NCBI RefSeq assembly: GCF_009914755.1 | Contig: NC_060930.1 | Strand: one strand, 5' to 3' | From: the human T2T-CHM13v2.0 reference genome, Homo sapiens | DNA length: 64,000 bases | Part shown: piece by piece, positions 28,656 through 42,239 of the stretch | Layout: each line of letters starts with the position of its first letter | Position numbering within the stretch: the first letter of the stretch is position 1 | Translations under genes and position numbers: made by a program | The notes under the pieces: model-generated | Seen by the model: only the letters and a program-made list of their open reading frames with translations | Told to the model about the DNA's origin: nothing | Database searches by the model: none

Positions 28656-29123
28656 TAGTTGACTCTTGAGCAACATGGGTTTGACCTGTATGGGTCCACT
28701 TATACATGAATTTTCTTTTGCCTTTGCCACCCCTCATATTACAAAACCAACCAATCTTCCTCCTTCCCCTCCTCCTCAGCCTACTCAACATAAAGAAGTT
28801 GAGGATAAAGACCTGTATAATGACCTGTTTCTACTTAATGAATGTAAATACACTTTCTTTTCCTTATGATCTTAATAATTTTTCTCTCTTACTTTGTTAT
28901 AAGAATACAGTATATAATACTTATAAAAATATGTATTATCCAGTATGTGTTATCAAAATATGTTTTACAAAATATGTATTGACTGCTTATGTTATTGGTA
29001 AGGTTTCTAGTCAACAGTAGGCTTTTAGTAGTTAGTTTGCTGGGGAGTCAAAAGTTATATGTGAATTTTTGACTGTGCAGATTATCAGTGTCTCTAACCC
29101 CCACATTGTTCAAGGGTCAGTTG
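28656..29123. mobile_element. Tigger2a (MER28-type) TcMar DNA transposon
   Basis: TIRs '(c/t)agttgactcttgagcaac' and 'ttgttcaagggtcagttg' followed by TA; characteristic internal 'cctcctcagcctactcaac...gaggataaagacc'. Confidence 0.85.
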
Positions 29124-29391
29124 TACCTGTGTGCAATTATTTATCAATGGTGCTTTCTATGTATCTGTGTCTCTTAGCTTTCCTCCTCCTATTTCTTCCT
29201 TAGAATGACATTGTTTGCATATAGAGATCATAGAAACATGAAACCCAAATTCAGATTCAGTTTTGCATTCTAAATAACAAACTTTTAGAAATTTCAGTGA
29301 GAATCCAATAGCTGTCTATACATTAAATATCGACTTTGACATCCTCAAACTCTCTTACATGGCCCATATTCAAATTCAAAACATAAAAATC

Positions 29392-29447
29392 ATATATATA
29401 AAAATATATATACACACACGCGCTATATATCGAAGTATGTATATGTT

Positions 29448-29480
<33 letters not shown>

Positions 29481-29508
29481 ATATATATATATAGTGTGTG
29501 TGTGTGTA
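29392..29508 (+). repeat. Compound (TA)n/(CA)n/(TG)n microsatellite
   Basis: Alternating purine-pyrimidine tracts. Confidence 0.9.
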
Positions 29509-32298
29509 AAGTTAATTTTGAAGTTAATATTCCTGAGAGGTTTATACTATAACTAATGACAAAGAGGCAGATGATATTTTGGTTCTAGTAAAAAAAAAAT
29601 ATGCTAGTGAGGAAAACAAACATACAAGAACACCAAAACTTATGACGTGATAGTTGAAATCCTCTTTTATAATAAAAGCATGTTTACACCAGGTTCCGTT
29701 TCAGCATTTGATATGTTGCAAATATTTTTATTGAAGTTATTCCATCAGAGCTGTTTTAACACATTGATCACCTAATTTTCTTTTCACTCTGAATGCTGAT
29801 TAATGATATGAAACCTGCCATTACAATGGATTGCGGAAAATGCATTGTGAGATGCCAGTTAGGATATTGAGGACATTTCACAACTTTTAGGGCAGAGCTT
29901 GCCAAAATGCAATCTATTCAAAAGCAGCCAGGAAAATATTTCTTCCTTGTTTATGGATGATGCCATGTAGTTTTACTGACTCATAATGGAGCTATAGCCT
30001 TTTTATTCTGACAATTAAACACCAAAAAGAAAAATAAAACTGCTGTGTGGGGTCTTCCCTCATAAATGGCTTCATGTTAAGATTTCCTATCTAAGACCCA
30101 CAACAAGTCTGATGTCTGGAAAAGCAAAACTTTCCTTTGGTATAATAAAAGATGTTTATAAGAAAAGGAAGCATATTAATCACAGAAATAAGTGCAGGCT
30201 GAGTTATTTTGAAGCAAAATTAAAATTTATAAAATCAAAGAAAAAATCTGCATGTTAATTTTTCTAAATATGCAAACTTTATCTATTTAGCAAAAATAAA
30301 AATATGATCACCAATATGCTTTTCACAGAAATGCCATCAGTGCATTGATTAGAATGTATTAGATCTCTAGAGAGAATGAGTACTTTTTTTCTATCACAAC
30401 CCATAAGCACAACTTATAATAAGAGACCACACACACTAATAGATTTATCAAAAAAAGGAGAAATAGCATTTAGAGATGCAAAACATCATTTTGAGGTTTT
30501 CCAGGTACCATAATGATAGTTTTTCTTACCACTGAATATTCATGACACCTCATAAAACTAATGATAAACATAAAAATTGATGTGAACATTTGACTAATCT
30601 GCTCTTATTTGTTTGGAAGAGCTGTCGTAATTGCCTGGTTTGTAAATTAAACATCTGCTATGGAAATAAACAAAAACATAACTGAGCATATTCAAATAAA
30701 TTGAATTCACTCTGGTTTCATAAATTTTATTATATGGGCTCATCACTTTTATTACACCTGAGTGCAGCATTGCTGTCAAAGTGAATGCATTTTTAGATGT
30801 CCTATTTGTAAGAATAAATGCTTTCTTTTTCTAATAAAATGCAGGTATTATTTAGATCATTTTTAAAGAAGCATTTCAATAGCCAAGCTCAATAGATTGA
30901 TGCGACATGCCATATTGGTTGAACATGAGTGGGAGCTCCACTACCAGCTTCCTTAAGAGTTTCAGTGGACCATTAAAATCATGTCTATATTGAAGCAGCA
31001 CATATCAAACAAGATAACAATAATTTCACTTTAGCCAAATTAATCTGTCTAATGTTAGGCAAAGCCATATTTTTCTAGCTTCTTAACCATATAAAATGAA
31101 ACATATTGCAGAACAATTAACCAGATCAAGGGACACAGTGAAAGAAACCAAGTGGGCTTGGCAAAATATGGGAGTCATGCATTTGATGTAATTATATATT
31201 TTTTCTTCTGTAGACAATTTCTTAGTGCTGCATACCTACTAAAATGATTTATATCAATATTTCACTTTTCTGTAGAGATTACCAAGTTAAATTTAGTATT
31301 TAAAGCAACAGACAGTAAGTCATAGCTAGAAATAACACTTTGCTGCTACAGCTACTAAACCCAATATTAGAATGACTGCCTGTGAAAGGAAATTATGGAA
31401 AGTAGCATAAGACAGAATATAAAATGGCTTAGAAATCCCTGACTTTGGATATTTGTAAGTTGTGTTCCACATTATTCTGAGAATTATAAAATGACAACAA
31501 AAGACATATTGTGTGATGATTCCCCTTCAATGTTTGCATAAAAGTGACACAAATATGCTGACATAGTAGATTTCCTTTTAAAAAGAAAAGCAGAAATTTC
31601 AGTTAGCAAGGAAACTCAAAACTTCAAATTTACTTCATTGATATTACAGGTGCTGACCTAGAGGCTTGATGCCTGTTACTCTGACAAGCTAGGCCTTTTT
31701 CTGGTTCCTACTTTCTCTAAGAAAGGAAGCAATTCCATCATTGCTCAATCAGGAGCTGTGTAACCTGAAGGAGGCCTCTGGAAGCTTCAAGAAGGGATAT
31801 TCTCTTGACTGCAATTTGTCAGAAACTCCAATTATGAAATGTATTTCACTGAGGACTTCTCATTTCTAGGTTTCTGTTATAAACTGAGAAAGACTTTTGA
31901 GTCAAGCAGGTAATGGCAAGATTTTAATCAAGGTTCCAGGCCAATGATTCAGAAATTGAACCACCCAGTAATCTAAAAAATTCATATAATGTGAAAGAAA
32001 AAAATCACCAATATTTTCTGAGAGAAACAAAATCAAACACAGATGATGGGTTCATGCAAAGACAGTGTCTGATTAGATCTAATTTGATTCATTAGTAAAT
32101 TGTCACTGACTCAGAACATTTTAAAAAATTCATATCATACCCAGCTGGAGAAAACATGGAAGAAATACCAACCGCAACTGGTATACTGTTCAAGAAGATT
32201 TGATTTAGTAACAACAATACTCTTAGAGAGGAAATTCATCTTGTTTTAGTCCACTAGATATGCTTTTAACAGTACCTGAAATAGTTATTGTTTAATTT

Positions 32299-35200
32299 TT
32301 TTATACTTTAAGTTTTGAGATATATGTGTAGAACATGCAGGTTTGTTACATAGGTATACACGTGCCATGGTAGTTTGCTGCACCCATCAACCCATCACCT
32401 ATGTTAGGTATTTCTCCTAATGCTATCCCTTCCCTAGCCCCCCACCCCCTGACAGGCCCTGGTGTTTGATGTTCCCCTCCCTGTGTCCATGTGTTCTCAT
32501 TGTTCGAATCCCACTTATGTGTGAGAATGTGCAGTGTTTGCTTTTCTCTTCCTTTATTAATTTGCTGAGAATGATGGTTTCTAGCTTCATCGATGTTCCT
32601 GCAAAAGACATGAATTCATCCTTTTTTATGGCTGCATAGTAATCCATGGTGTATATGTGCCACATTTTCTTTATCCAGTCTACCATCGATGGGCATTTGG
32701 GTTGGTTTTAAGTCTTTGCTATTGTGAATAGTGCTGCAATAAACATACTTGTGCATGTGTCTTCAAAGTAGAATGATTTATAATCCTTTTGATATATACC
32801 CAGTAACGGGACTGCTGGGTCAAATGGTATTTCCGGTTCTAGATCCTTGAGGAATTGCTACACTGCCCTCCACAATGGTTGAACTAACTTACACACCCAC
32901 CAACAGTGTAAAAGTGTTCCTATTTCTCCACATCCTTTCCAGCATCTGTTGTTTCCTGAATTTTTAATGATCGCCATCCTAACTGGCATGAGATGGTATC
33001 TCACTGTGGTTTTGATTTGCATTTCGCTAATGACCAGTGACGACGAGCTTTTTTTCATATGTTTTTTGGCTGTGTAAATACCTTCCCTTGAGAAGGGTCT
33101 GTTCATATACTTCACCTACTTTTTGATGGGTTTTTTTCTTGTAAATGTGTTTAAGTTCCTTGCAGATTCTGGATATTAGCCCTTTGTCAGATGGATAGAT
33201 TGCAAAAAATTTCTCCCATTCTGTAGGTTTTCTGTTCACTCTGATGATAGTTTCTTTTGCTGTGCAGAAGCTCTTTAATTACATCCCATTTTTTAATTTC
33301 GGCTTTTGTTGCCATTGCTTTTGGTACTTTAGTCATGAAGTCTTTGCCCATGCCTACGTCCTGAATGGTATTGCCTAGGTTTTCTTCTAGGGTTTTTATG
33401 GGTTTTGGTCTTACGTTTAAGTCTTTAATTCATCTTGAGTTAATTTCTGTATAAGGTGTAAGGAAGGGATCCAGGTTCAGTTTTCTGCATATGGCTAGAC
33501 AGTTTTCCCAACACCATTTAGGGAATCCTTTCCCCATTGCTTGTTTTTGTCAGGTTTGTCAAAGATCAGATGGTTGTAGATGTGTGGCGTTATTTCTGAG
33601 GCATCTGTCCTGTTCCATTGGTCTATATATCTGTTTTGGTACCAGTACCATGCTGTTTTGGTTCTGTAGCCATTAGTATAGTTTAAAGTCAGGTAGCATG
33701 ATGCCTCCAGCTTTGTTGTTTTTGCTTAGGATTGTTTGGGCTATACAGGCTGTTTTTGGTTCCACATGAAATTTAAAGTAGCTTTTTCTAATTCTGTGAA
33801 GAAAGTCAATGGTAGCTTGATGGGGATAGTGTTGAATCTATAAATTACTTTGGGCAGTATGGCCATTTTCAAGATATTGATTCTTCCTATCCATAAGCAT
33901 GGGATGTCTTTCCATTTGTTTGTATCCGCTCTTATTTCCTTGATCAGTTTTTAGTTCTCCTTGAAGAGGTCCTTCACATCACTTGTAAATTGCATTCTTA
34001 GGTATTTTATTCTCTTTGTAGCAATTGTGAATGGGAGTTCACTCATGATTTGGCTCTCTGTTTGTCTATTACTGCTGTATAGGAATGCTTGTGATTTTTG
34101 CACATTGATTTTGTATCCTGAGACTTTGCTGAAGTTGCTTATCAGCTTAAGGAGATTTTGCGCTGAGACGATGGGGTTTTCTAAATATATAAATCATGTC
34201 ATCTGCAAACAGAGATAATTTGACTTCCTCTCTTCCTATTTGAATAGCCTTTATTTCTTTCTCTTGACTGACTGCCCTGGCCAGATCTTCCAATACTATG
34301 TTGTAATAGGAGTGGTGAGAGAGGGCATCCTTGTCTTGTTCCAGTTTTCAAAGGGAATGCTTTCAGCTTTTGCCCATTCAGTATGATATTGGCTGTGAGT
34401 TTGTCATAAATAGCTCTTATTATTTTGAGATATGTTCCATCAATACCTAGCTTATTGAGAGTTTTTAGCGGGAAGCGGTGTTGTATTTTGTCGAAGGCCT
34501 TTTCTGCATCTATTGAGATAATCATCCGGTTTTTGTCTTTGGTTCTGTTTATGTGATGGATTACATTTATTGATTTGCATATGTTGAGCCAGACTTGCAT
34601 TCCAGGGATGAAGCCGACTTGATCGTGGTGGATAACCTTTTTGATGTACTGCTGGATTCGGTTTGCCAGTATTTTATTGAGGATTTTCAAATCGATGTTC
34701 ATCAGGGATATTGACCTAAAATTTTCTTTTTTTGTTGTGTCTCTGCCAGGTTTTGGTATCAGGTTGATGCTGGCCCCATAAAATGAGTTAGGGAGGAGTC
34801 CCTTTTTTTTCTATTGTTTGGAATAGTTTCAGAAGGAAAGGTACCAGCTCCTCTTTTTACCTCTGGTAGCATTCAACTGTGAATCCATCTGGACCTGGGC
34901 TCTTTTTGGTTGGTACGCTATTAATTACTCTCTCAACTTCAGAACTTGCTATTGGTCTATTCAGGGATTTGATTTCTTCCTGGTTTAGTTTTGGGAGGGT
35001 GTATGTGTCCAGGAATTTATCAATTTCTTCTAGATTTTCTAGTTTATTAGCATGGAGGTGTTTATAGTATTCTCTGATGGTAGTTTGTATTTCTGTGGGA
35101 TCAGTGGTGATATCCCCTTTATTATGTTTTATTGTGTCTATTTGATTCTTCTCTCTTTTCTTCTTTATTAGTCTGTCTAGCAGTCTATGTATTTTGTTGA

Positions 35201-38007
35201 TCTTTTCAAAAAAGCAGCTCCGGATTCATTAATTTTTTGAAGGGTTTTTCATGTCTCTAGCTCCTTCAGTTCTGCTCTGATATTAGTTACTTCTTGTCTT
35301 CTGCTAGCTTTTGAATTTGTTTGCTCTTGCTTCTTTAGTTCTTTTAATTGCGATGTTACGGTGTCTATTTTAGATCTTTCCTGCTTTCTCCTGTGGGCAT
35401 TTAGTGCTATAAATTTCCCTCTAAACACTGCTTAGCTGTGTCCCAGAGATTCTGTACGTTTTGCCTTTCTTCTCATTGGTTTCAAAAGAAATGATTTTTT
35501 TTCTCCCTTAATTTTGTTATTTACCCAGTAGTCATTCAGGAACAGGTTGTTTCCATATAGTTGAGTGGTTTTGAGTGAGTTTCTTCATCCTGAGTCCTAA
35601 TTTGATTGCACTGAGAGACTGTTTGTTTGCACTGAGAAACAGTCTGAGAGACTGTTTCTTATGATTTCCATTCTTTTGCGTTTGCTGAAGAGTGCTTTAT
35701 TTCCAATTATATGTTCAATTTTAGAATAAGTGTGATGTGATGCTGAGAAGAATGTATATTCTGTTGATTTGTGGTGGAGAGTTCTGTAGATGTCTATTAG
35801 GTCCACTTGGTCCAGAGCTGAATTCAAGTCCTGACTATCCTGGTTAATTTTCTGTCTGGTTGATCTGTCTAATATTGACAGTGGGGTGTTAAAATCTCCC
35901 ACTGTTATTGTGTGGGAGTCTAAGTCTCTTTGTAGGTCTCTAAGAACTTGCTTTATGAATCTGGGTGCTCCTGTATTGGATGCATATATATTTGGGACAG
36001 TTAGCTCTTCTTGGTGCACTCATCCCTTTACCATTATGTAATGCCCTTCTTTGTCTTTTTTATCTTTGTTGATTTAAAGTCTGTTTTATCAGAGACTAGG
36101 ATTGCAACCCCTGCCTTTTTTTGTTTTCCATTTGCTTGGTAGATCTTGCTCCATCCCTTTATTTTGAGCCTGTGTGTGTCTCTGCATGTGAGATGGGTCT
36201 CCTGAATACAGCACACTGATGGGTCTTGACTTTTTATCCAACTTACCAGTCTGTGTCTTTTAATTGGGGCATTTAGCCCATTTACATTTAAGCCTCATGT
36301 TTTTATGTGTGAATTTGATCCTGTCATTATGGTGCTAGCTGGTTATTTGGCCCATTAGTTGATGCAGTTTCTTCACAGTGTCAATGGTCTTTACAATTTG
36401 TTATGTTTTTGCAGTGCTGGTACCGGTTTTTCCTTTCCATATTTAGTGCTTCCTTCAGGAGCTCTTGTAAGCCAGGCCTGGTGGTAACAAAGTCTCTCAG
36501 CATTTGCTAGTCTGTAAAGCATTTTATTTCTGCTTTGTTTATGAAACTTAGTTTGGTTTGATATGAAATTCTGGGTTGGAAATTCTTTTAAGAATGTTGA
36601 ATATTGGCCCCCACTCTCTTCTGGCTTGTAGAGTTTCTGCAGAGAGATCCACTGTTAGTCTGATGGGCTTCCTTTTGTAGGTAACCCGACCTTTCTCTCT
36701 GCCTGCCCTTAACATTTTTCTCATTTGTTTCAACCATGGTGAATCTGACAATTATGTGTCTTGGGGTTACTCTTCTCAAGGACTATCTTTGTGCTGTTCT
36801 CTGTATTTCCTGAATTTGAATGTTGGCTTGTCTTGCTAGGTTGGGAAAGTTCTCCTGGATATTATCCTGAAGAGTGTTTTCCAACTTGGTTCTATTCTCC
36901 CCGTCACTTTCAGGTTCACCAGTCAAGCATAGGTTTCGTCTTTTCACATAGTCCCATATTTTTTGGAGACTTTATTTGTTCCTTTTCATTCTTTTTTCTC
37001 TAATCTTGTCTTCAAGCTTTATTTCATTAAGTTGATTTTCAATGTCTGATATCTTTTCTTCCGTTTGATCAATTCTGCTATTGATACTTGTGTATGCTTC
37101 ACGAAATTCTCGTGCTGTGTTTTTCAGCTCCATCAGTCATTTATGTTCTTCTCTAAACTGGTTATTCAAGTTGACAATTCTTCTAACCTTTTTTCAAGGT
37201 TCTTAGATTCCTCGAATTGGGTTAGAGCATGCTCCTTTAGCTCAGAGGAGTTTGTTATTACCCACCTTCTGAAGTCTACTTCAGTCAATCCATCAAACTC
37301 ATTCTGTGTCCAGTTTTGTTCCCTTGCTGATGAGGAGTTGTGATCCATTGGAGGAGAAGAGGCATTCTGGCTTTGGAATTTTCAGCCTTTTTGTACTGGT
37401 TTTTCCTCATCTTTGTGGCTTCATCTACCTTTGGTCTTCGGTGTTGGTGACCTTCGGTTGGGGTTTTTTTGTGTACATCCTTTTTGTTGATGTTGATGCT
37501 ATTCCTTTCTGTTTGTTTTCCTTCTAACAGGCCCCTCTGCTGCCGGTCTGCTGGAGTTTGCTGGAGGTCCTGTCCAGACCCTGTTTGCCTGGGTATCACC
37601 AGCGGAGGCTACAGAACAGCAAAGATTGCAGCCTTTTCCTTCCTGTGGAAGCTTCATCCCAGAGGGGCACACCCCAGATGCCAGCCAGAGCTCTCCTGTG
37701 TGAGGTGTCTGTCGACCCCTACTGGAAGGTATTTCCCAGTCTGGAGGTACGGGGGTCAGGGACCCACTTGAGGAGGCATTCTGTCCATTAGCAGAGCTCT
37801 AGTGCTGTGCAGGGAGATCCACTGCTCTCTTCAGAGCCAACAGGCAGGAATGTTTACTGAAACTGTGCCCACAGCCGCCCCTTCCCCAAGGTGCTCTGTC
37901 CCAGGGAGATGGGAGTTTTATCTATAAGCCCCTGACTGGGACTGCTATCTTTCTTTCAGAGATGCCCTGCCCACAGACTAGGAATCTAGAGATGCAGTCT
38001 GGCTATG
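32299..38007 (-). mobile_element. Near full-length L1PA7/PA8, truncated within the 5'UTR, ORFs disrupted
   Basis: L1PA7/8-type 3'UTR; minus-strand RT peptide (QVGFIPGMQ...[12 protein letters not shown]...[12 protein letters not shown]), EN and ORF1 peptides; TSD tattgtttaattt (32286-32298) / tgttgcttaattt (38008-38020). Confidence 0.92.
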
Positions 38008-38569
38008 TGTTGCTTAATTTAACCATTCATGATGGTAGCAGCAATTAGGAACAAGTAGTGTTCATTATAGCTAATGTAAGAACAACTTTCACCTTTTTAT
38101 AGTGCTTTTAGTAGGACCTGAACCTCCCAAATACAGATTTAACTCTCAATCATATTTTGAGAGGTAGAAAAAAAAAGTGTTGCCTCTCATTGTATTGCCA
38201 AAAGAGAAAAAAATTCTTTTTTGATTTCAACATCATATCTAACACCATGTTGAAAGATGCAATTTTTTGTGCACTAACTAGCATCTATTTATTTTTCAAA
38301 TGCAGTCATTTGATAGTATATTTTTTATAGTTTTGCAAACTTTTAAAACTTTAATACATGTTAGTGTTCAGATTTATATTTTGTATGTAATAGAATGTGG
38401 CATAAACTATAATTCTCTATGTAAGACTCTATAATGGCCCTTTTTAGTCTTTGTAAGAAATACAGATTTCAATAATTTTATAGCTGTAGGTCATCTGCAA
38501 GAGTCTGTTGTAATAATTTGGATTTATGAGATTTTTCTGTTTTATACAAAATATATGAAATATGTTGAT

Positions 38570-39300
38570 TGTTCAGTAATTATTTCTGAATGAATATTCT
38601 GGGCAATATGCTGTACCAGGAACTGTGAATAAAGCAGTAAAAATGACAGAAAAGCCCTTTACCTGATGGAGCTCACCTACATATCAAGGACGGCAACATC
38701 AAACAATGGATTCCAAACATGGCATTACAATTGTGAGAGGTGCTATGAAGAAGTAGAGCTTCCTAATCTTCAAAGTGCATTTGAATCATCTGGAGATGTT
38801 ATTAAAATGCAAACTCTTATTCAATAAATCTGGGCAGAGGCCTGAGGTTCTATGTTCCCAGCAAACTGCAGTGATGCCAGCACTGCAGGCTGTTCTACAG
38901 CTCACACCTGTACTAACAAGGAGCCAGCGTTGGGCAGAATGTACAGCAGGAAACCTGGCTGAATTTAGGAGGATAAGGATAGCTTTTCTGAGAAGTAATG
39001 CACACATTATCCAGACTTGAAGGAGAAATAGGAGTTAATTGATAATTGAGGAGGAATAGAGAATATTTTGTGTAGAAAGAATAGCAAGTGTGAAGGCCCA
39101 GGCAGGAAGAAATCCTGTCACACTCAAGAACATGCAAGGCCAGCATGGTTCCAACACAAAGTCCAGGAGAGAGTTGAGGCCAAGGTATTGGCAGGGATCA
39201 AATCACTAAGGGGTTAAGGAAGGGATGTTTGGAAGCATAGTGGAGAGAGTCTAAAATGTAAGGGATTGGAAAAGGTTTGAGCAAATGGATTCTTGAGGTT
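38570..39300 (-). mobile_element. L2 fragment with a nested MER5
   Basis: 'ttcagtaattatttctgaatgaatattctgggcaatatgctgtaccagg...gaataaagcag' plus L2-like body. Confidence 0.6.
38755..38930. mobile_element. MER5-type hAT-Charlie MITE
   Basis: 'gcatttgaatcatctggagatgttattaaaatgcaaactc...ctgggcagaggcctgag'. Confidence 0.7.
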
Positions 39301-39599
39301 GCAGGCAATAGGTTTTGCAGAGGAGAGGAATGCAGTTGAGAGCCAGGGCTCCAGGAATGTTCTCTGGGGCACTCTTGGGGGTTTGTAGTCAGAGAGGGGC
39401 CTGAGAAGTTAAAAGAATGCTTCTAGGGATCCCCAAAGGATGACATTTAAAGAGGAGAGAAAGGACAGAGAACAGATAGAACTCAAAATGTGTTGATGAA
39501 GTCACATTAGGCAGCAGAAGGGGAACCCAGACTTAGAATGATCATCTAAGCTTTAAGTCTAGCACCACTGTTGTGTAATAAAGAATGTGAGAAAGCTTG

Positions 39600-39835
39600 C
39601 TGAGTGGTCAGGAATAAGGGCTTTGAAACCTGTCTGCAGGAGTCAGGACCTGCCTTAGCATCCTCCTAGCCCTGTGAATATGAGCAATATTCTTCACTGC
39701 TCAGTTGGTAAATGTCCTCATCTCTAAAAAGAGTTAATTTAAGTGTCAATGTCCTAGCGTGGTTGTGAGGATTAAATGCAACACACATGTCAAGAGATTC
39801 TTGGTGTATGTTAGTCAATAAATGTTGGTCATTAT
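39600..39835 (+). mobile_element. MIR
   Basis: 'gggctttgaaacc...cctcatctctaaaaagag...ggttgtgaggattaaatg...agtcaataaatgttgg'. Confidence 0.75.
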
Positions 39836-40264
39836 TATTTGTATTCTTACATAAATCATGTATTTATTTTGTTGATGTTATTTTTCTGAGGAGATTGAAG
39901 TTCGTTATATGCAACAAATTATCTAATTTAAAGATATTATCATTAAAAGAAATATATTTAATATGGAAATAACACAATTAGAATTACACAGTTTCCTACT
40001 CCAAAGTTCTTGCACAGGTGTCCCTATCATTTGTGCATATGACTATCACTTTTTAACTAGCTTTGTACTTTGTTCTTTTAGTACTCTAATGATATTTTTT
40101 GAACATAGCCACCAAAAGCAACTCATGTAGGAGACTGTATCTACACATTATTTCATTTTTTGATGGTTTTTAAGTAAGTTGTATTAGAGACAGCAATTTG
40201 CACAAATATATGAAACTGTGTGTTTTTAGAGACTTAAAATTAAGATTACCTTTTCTAGTCTTTC

Positions 40265-40635
40265 CTTTTGTAGGGGTGGTCAAGAGATGAAAGATCTGGC
40301 AAATGAGATACACATAAACATGTTATATGGTAGCCTACAAGAAATCTCACTTATGTTTTGGGGCTCTTCTCCCTTCTTCATCTTCTCACTTACTGGAATG
40401 TGGATGTGATGCCTGAACTGACATATCATATAGGAGTATAAGATGGGAGTCAGGCTGATGATGGAGAAGAACAAGATATAAAATACCTGCATCACTGAAC
40501 ACATGCCACTATGCCAGTCCAGAATAACCTTCACCTTGGTTCTGTCATGTGAGTGAGGAATACACTGTTATCTCATCTAAGCCAGGCATTTTGACATTTC
40601 AAAAATATTTGTTACCAAATTAATCCTAACTACTA
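40265..40635 (+). mobile_element. Old MaLR LTR (MLT1J/K-like)
   Basis: 'ggaatgtggatgtgatgcctgaactg...tcatgtgagtgaggaataca...tctaagcc...taatcctaactacta'. Confidence 0.55.
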
Positions 40636-40699
40636 TACTACCATAAATAATAAAATTAAAAGAATATATATATAACTATATATATAAAAGCTTTCTTAA

Positions 40700-41430
40700 C
40701 TTTTTAAAATTATACTTTAAGTTCTGGGGTACATGTGCAGAACGTGCAGTTTTGTTACATAGGTATACACATGCCATGGTGGTTTTCTGCACCCGTGAAC
40801 CCATCACCTACATTAGGTATTTATCCCAATGCTATCCTTCCCCTAGACCCCCACCCCCCGACAGGCCCCACTGTGTGATGTTCCCCTCCCTGTGTCCATG
40901 TGTTTTCATTGTTCAGCTCCCACTTATGAGTGAGAACATGTGGTGTTTGGTTTTCTATTCTTGTGTTAGTTTGCTGAGAATGATGGTTTCCAGCTTCATC
41001 CATGTCCTTGCAAAGGACATGCATCCCTTTTTACAGCTGCATAGTATTCCATGGTGTATATGTGCCACATTTTCCTTATCCAGTCTATCATTGATGGATA
41101 TTTGAGTTGGTTCCAAGTCTTTGCTATTGTGAATAGTGCTGCAATAAACATATATGTGCATGTGTCTTTACAGTAGAATGATTTATAATCCTTTGGGCAT
41201 ATACCCAGTAATGGGATTGCTGGGTATTTCTAGTTCTACATCCTTGAGGAATCGCCACACTGTCTTCCACAATAGTTGAACTAATTTACACTCCCACCAA
41301 CAGTGTAAAAGTGTTCCCATTTCTCCACATCCTCTCCGGCATCCGTTGTTTCCTGACTTTTTAATGATCGCCATCTAACTGGCATGAGATAGTATCTCCT
41401 TGTGGTTTTGATCTGCATTTCTCTAACGAC
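40700..41430 (-). mobile_element. 5'-truncated L1PA7/8 3' fragment
   Basis: L1PA 3'UTR and ORF2 C-terminal peptides ([14 protein letters not shown]); degenerate TSD tatatataa..ctttctt. Confidence 0.92.
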
Positions 41431-41975
41431 TATATATAACTTTCTTTTATATATATTTATATACAAAAGTTATATATATGAAGTTATGTGTATATATAAC
41501 TTGTATGTATATATAACTTCATATATATAGTTATATATAAACTATATACTTAACTATATATAATTATATAGTTAATATATAGCTATATATAAGTATAGAG
41601 TTATATATTTACACATTTTAAAAGTTTTGTTCAAGCTTTTTCAAAATATCAAAGTAATTTAGGCCACAAAATAGTTAAATATGTTTGTATGAGCCTAAGA
41701 TCTTCCATATATATATATATGTATATATATACTATATAGTTTATATATAACTACATACTTATATATAGTTCATATATAACTATATACTTATATAGATATA
41801 TACAAAAATTATAGTTCTATATATATAGTAAGTGTAACTTATGGAAGTATTTATACTTACTATATAAACTATATAGTTATATGTATTTATATATAAAGTA
41901 TATATATACACTAAGTGTATATTATACCATATAACTATATATGCCTAGCATATATAGGTTTTCCAGGTATATATA
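41431..41975. repeat. Degenerate (TA)n-rich low-complexity tract
   Basis: Recurrent tatatataac / gttatatata units. Confidence 0.9.
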
Positions 41976-42239
41976 GCATCTGTCATGATAGGATGAATTC
42001 CCTCAGGTGGTTCAGCACCACACTCAGCACACAAGTAAGCTGCAGGATCATTACATAAACGACTCAGGCTCTTCCTAACTGATCTTATTGTTTTGATTTT
42101 GCAAGTGGGTAAATAAGAGGTTGAACTTTTGTTGCTTTGCTAAAATGAGTCTTTATATTTTAGTCTCTCACAGACCAGTGGGTGGTAAGTTTGATGTGAT
42201 AGCATACACCAAAACTGTTGCACACATTCTAGCACTAAG

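Noticed and set aside
27379-28669. Cluster of 60-152 aa ORFs
   Set aside because: Antisense reading of the L1PB 5'UTR, with no similarity to ORF0 or known proteins
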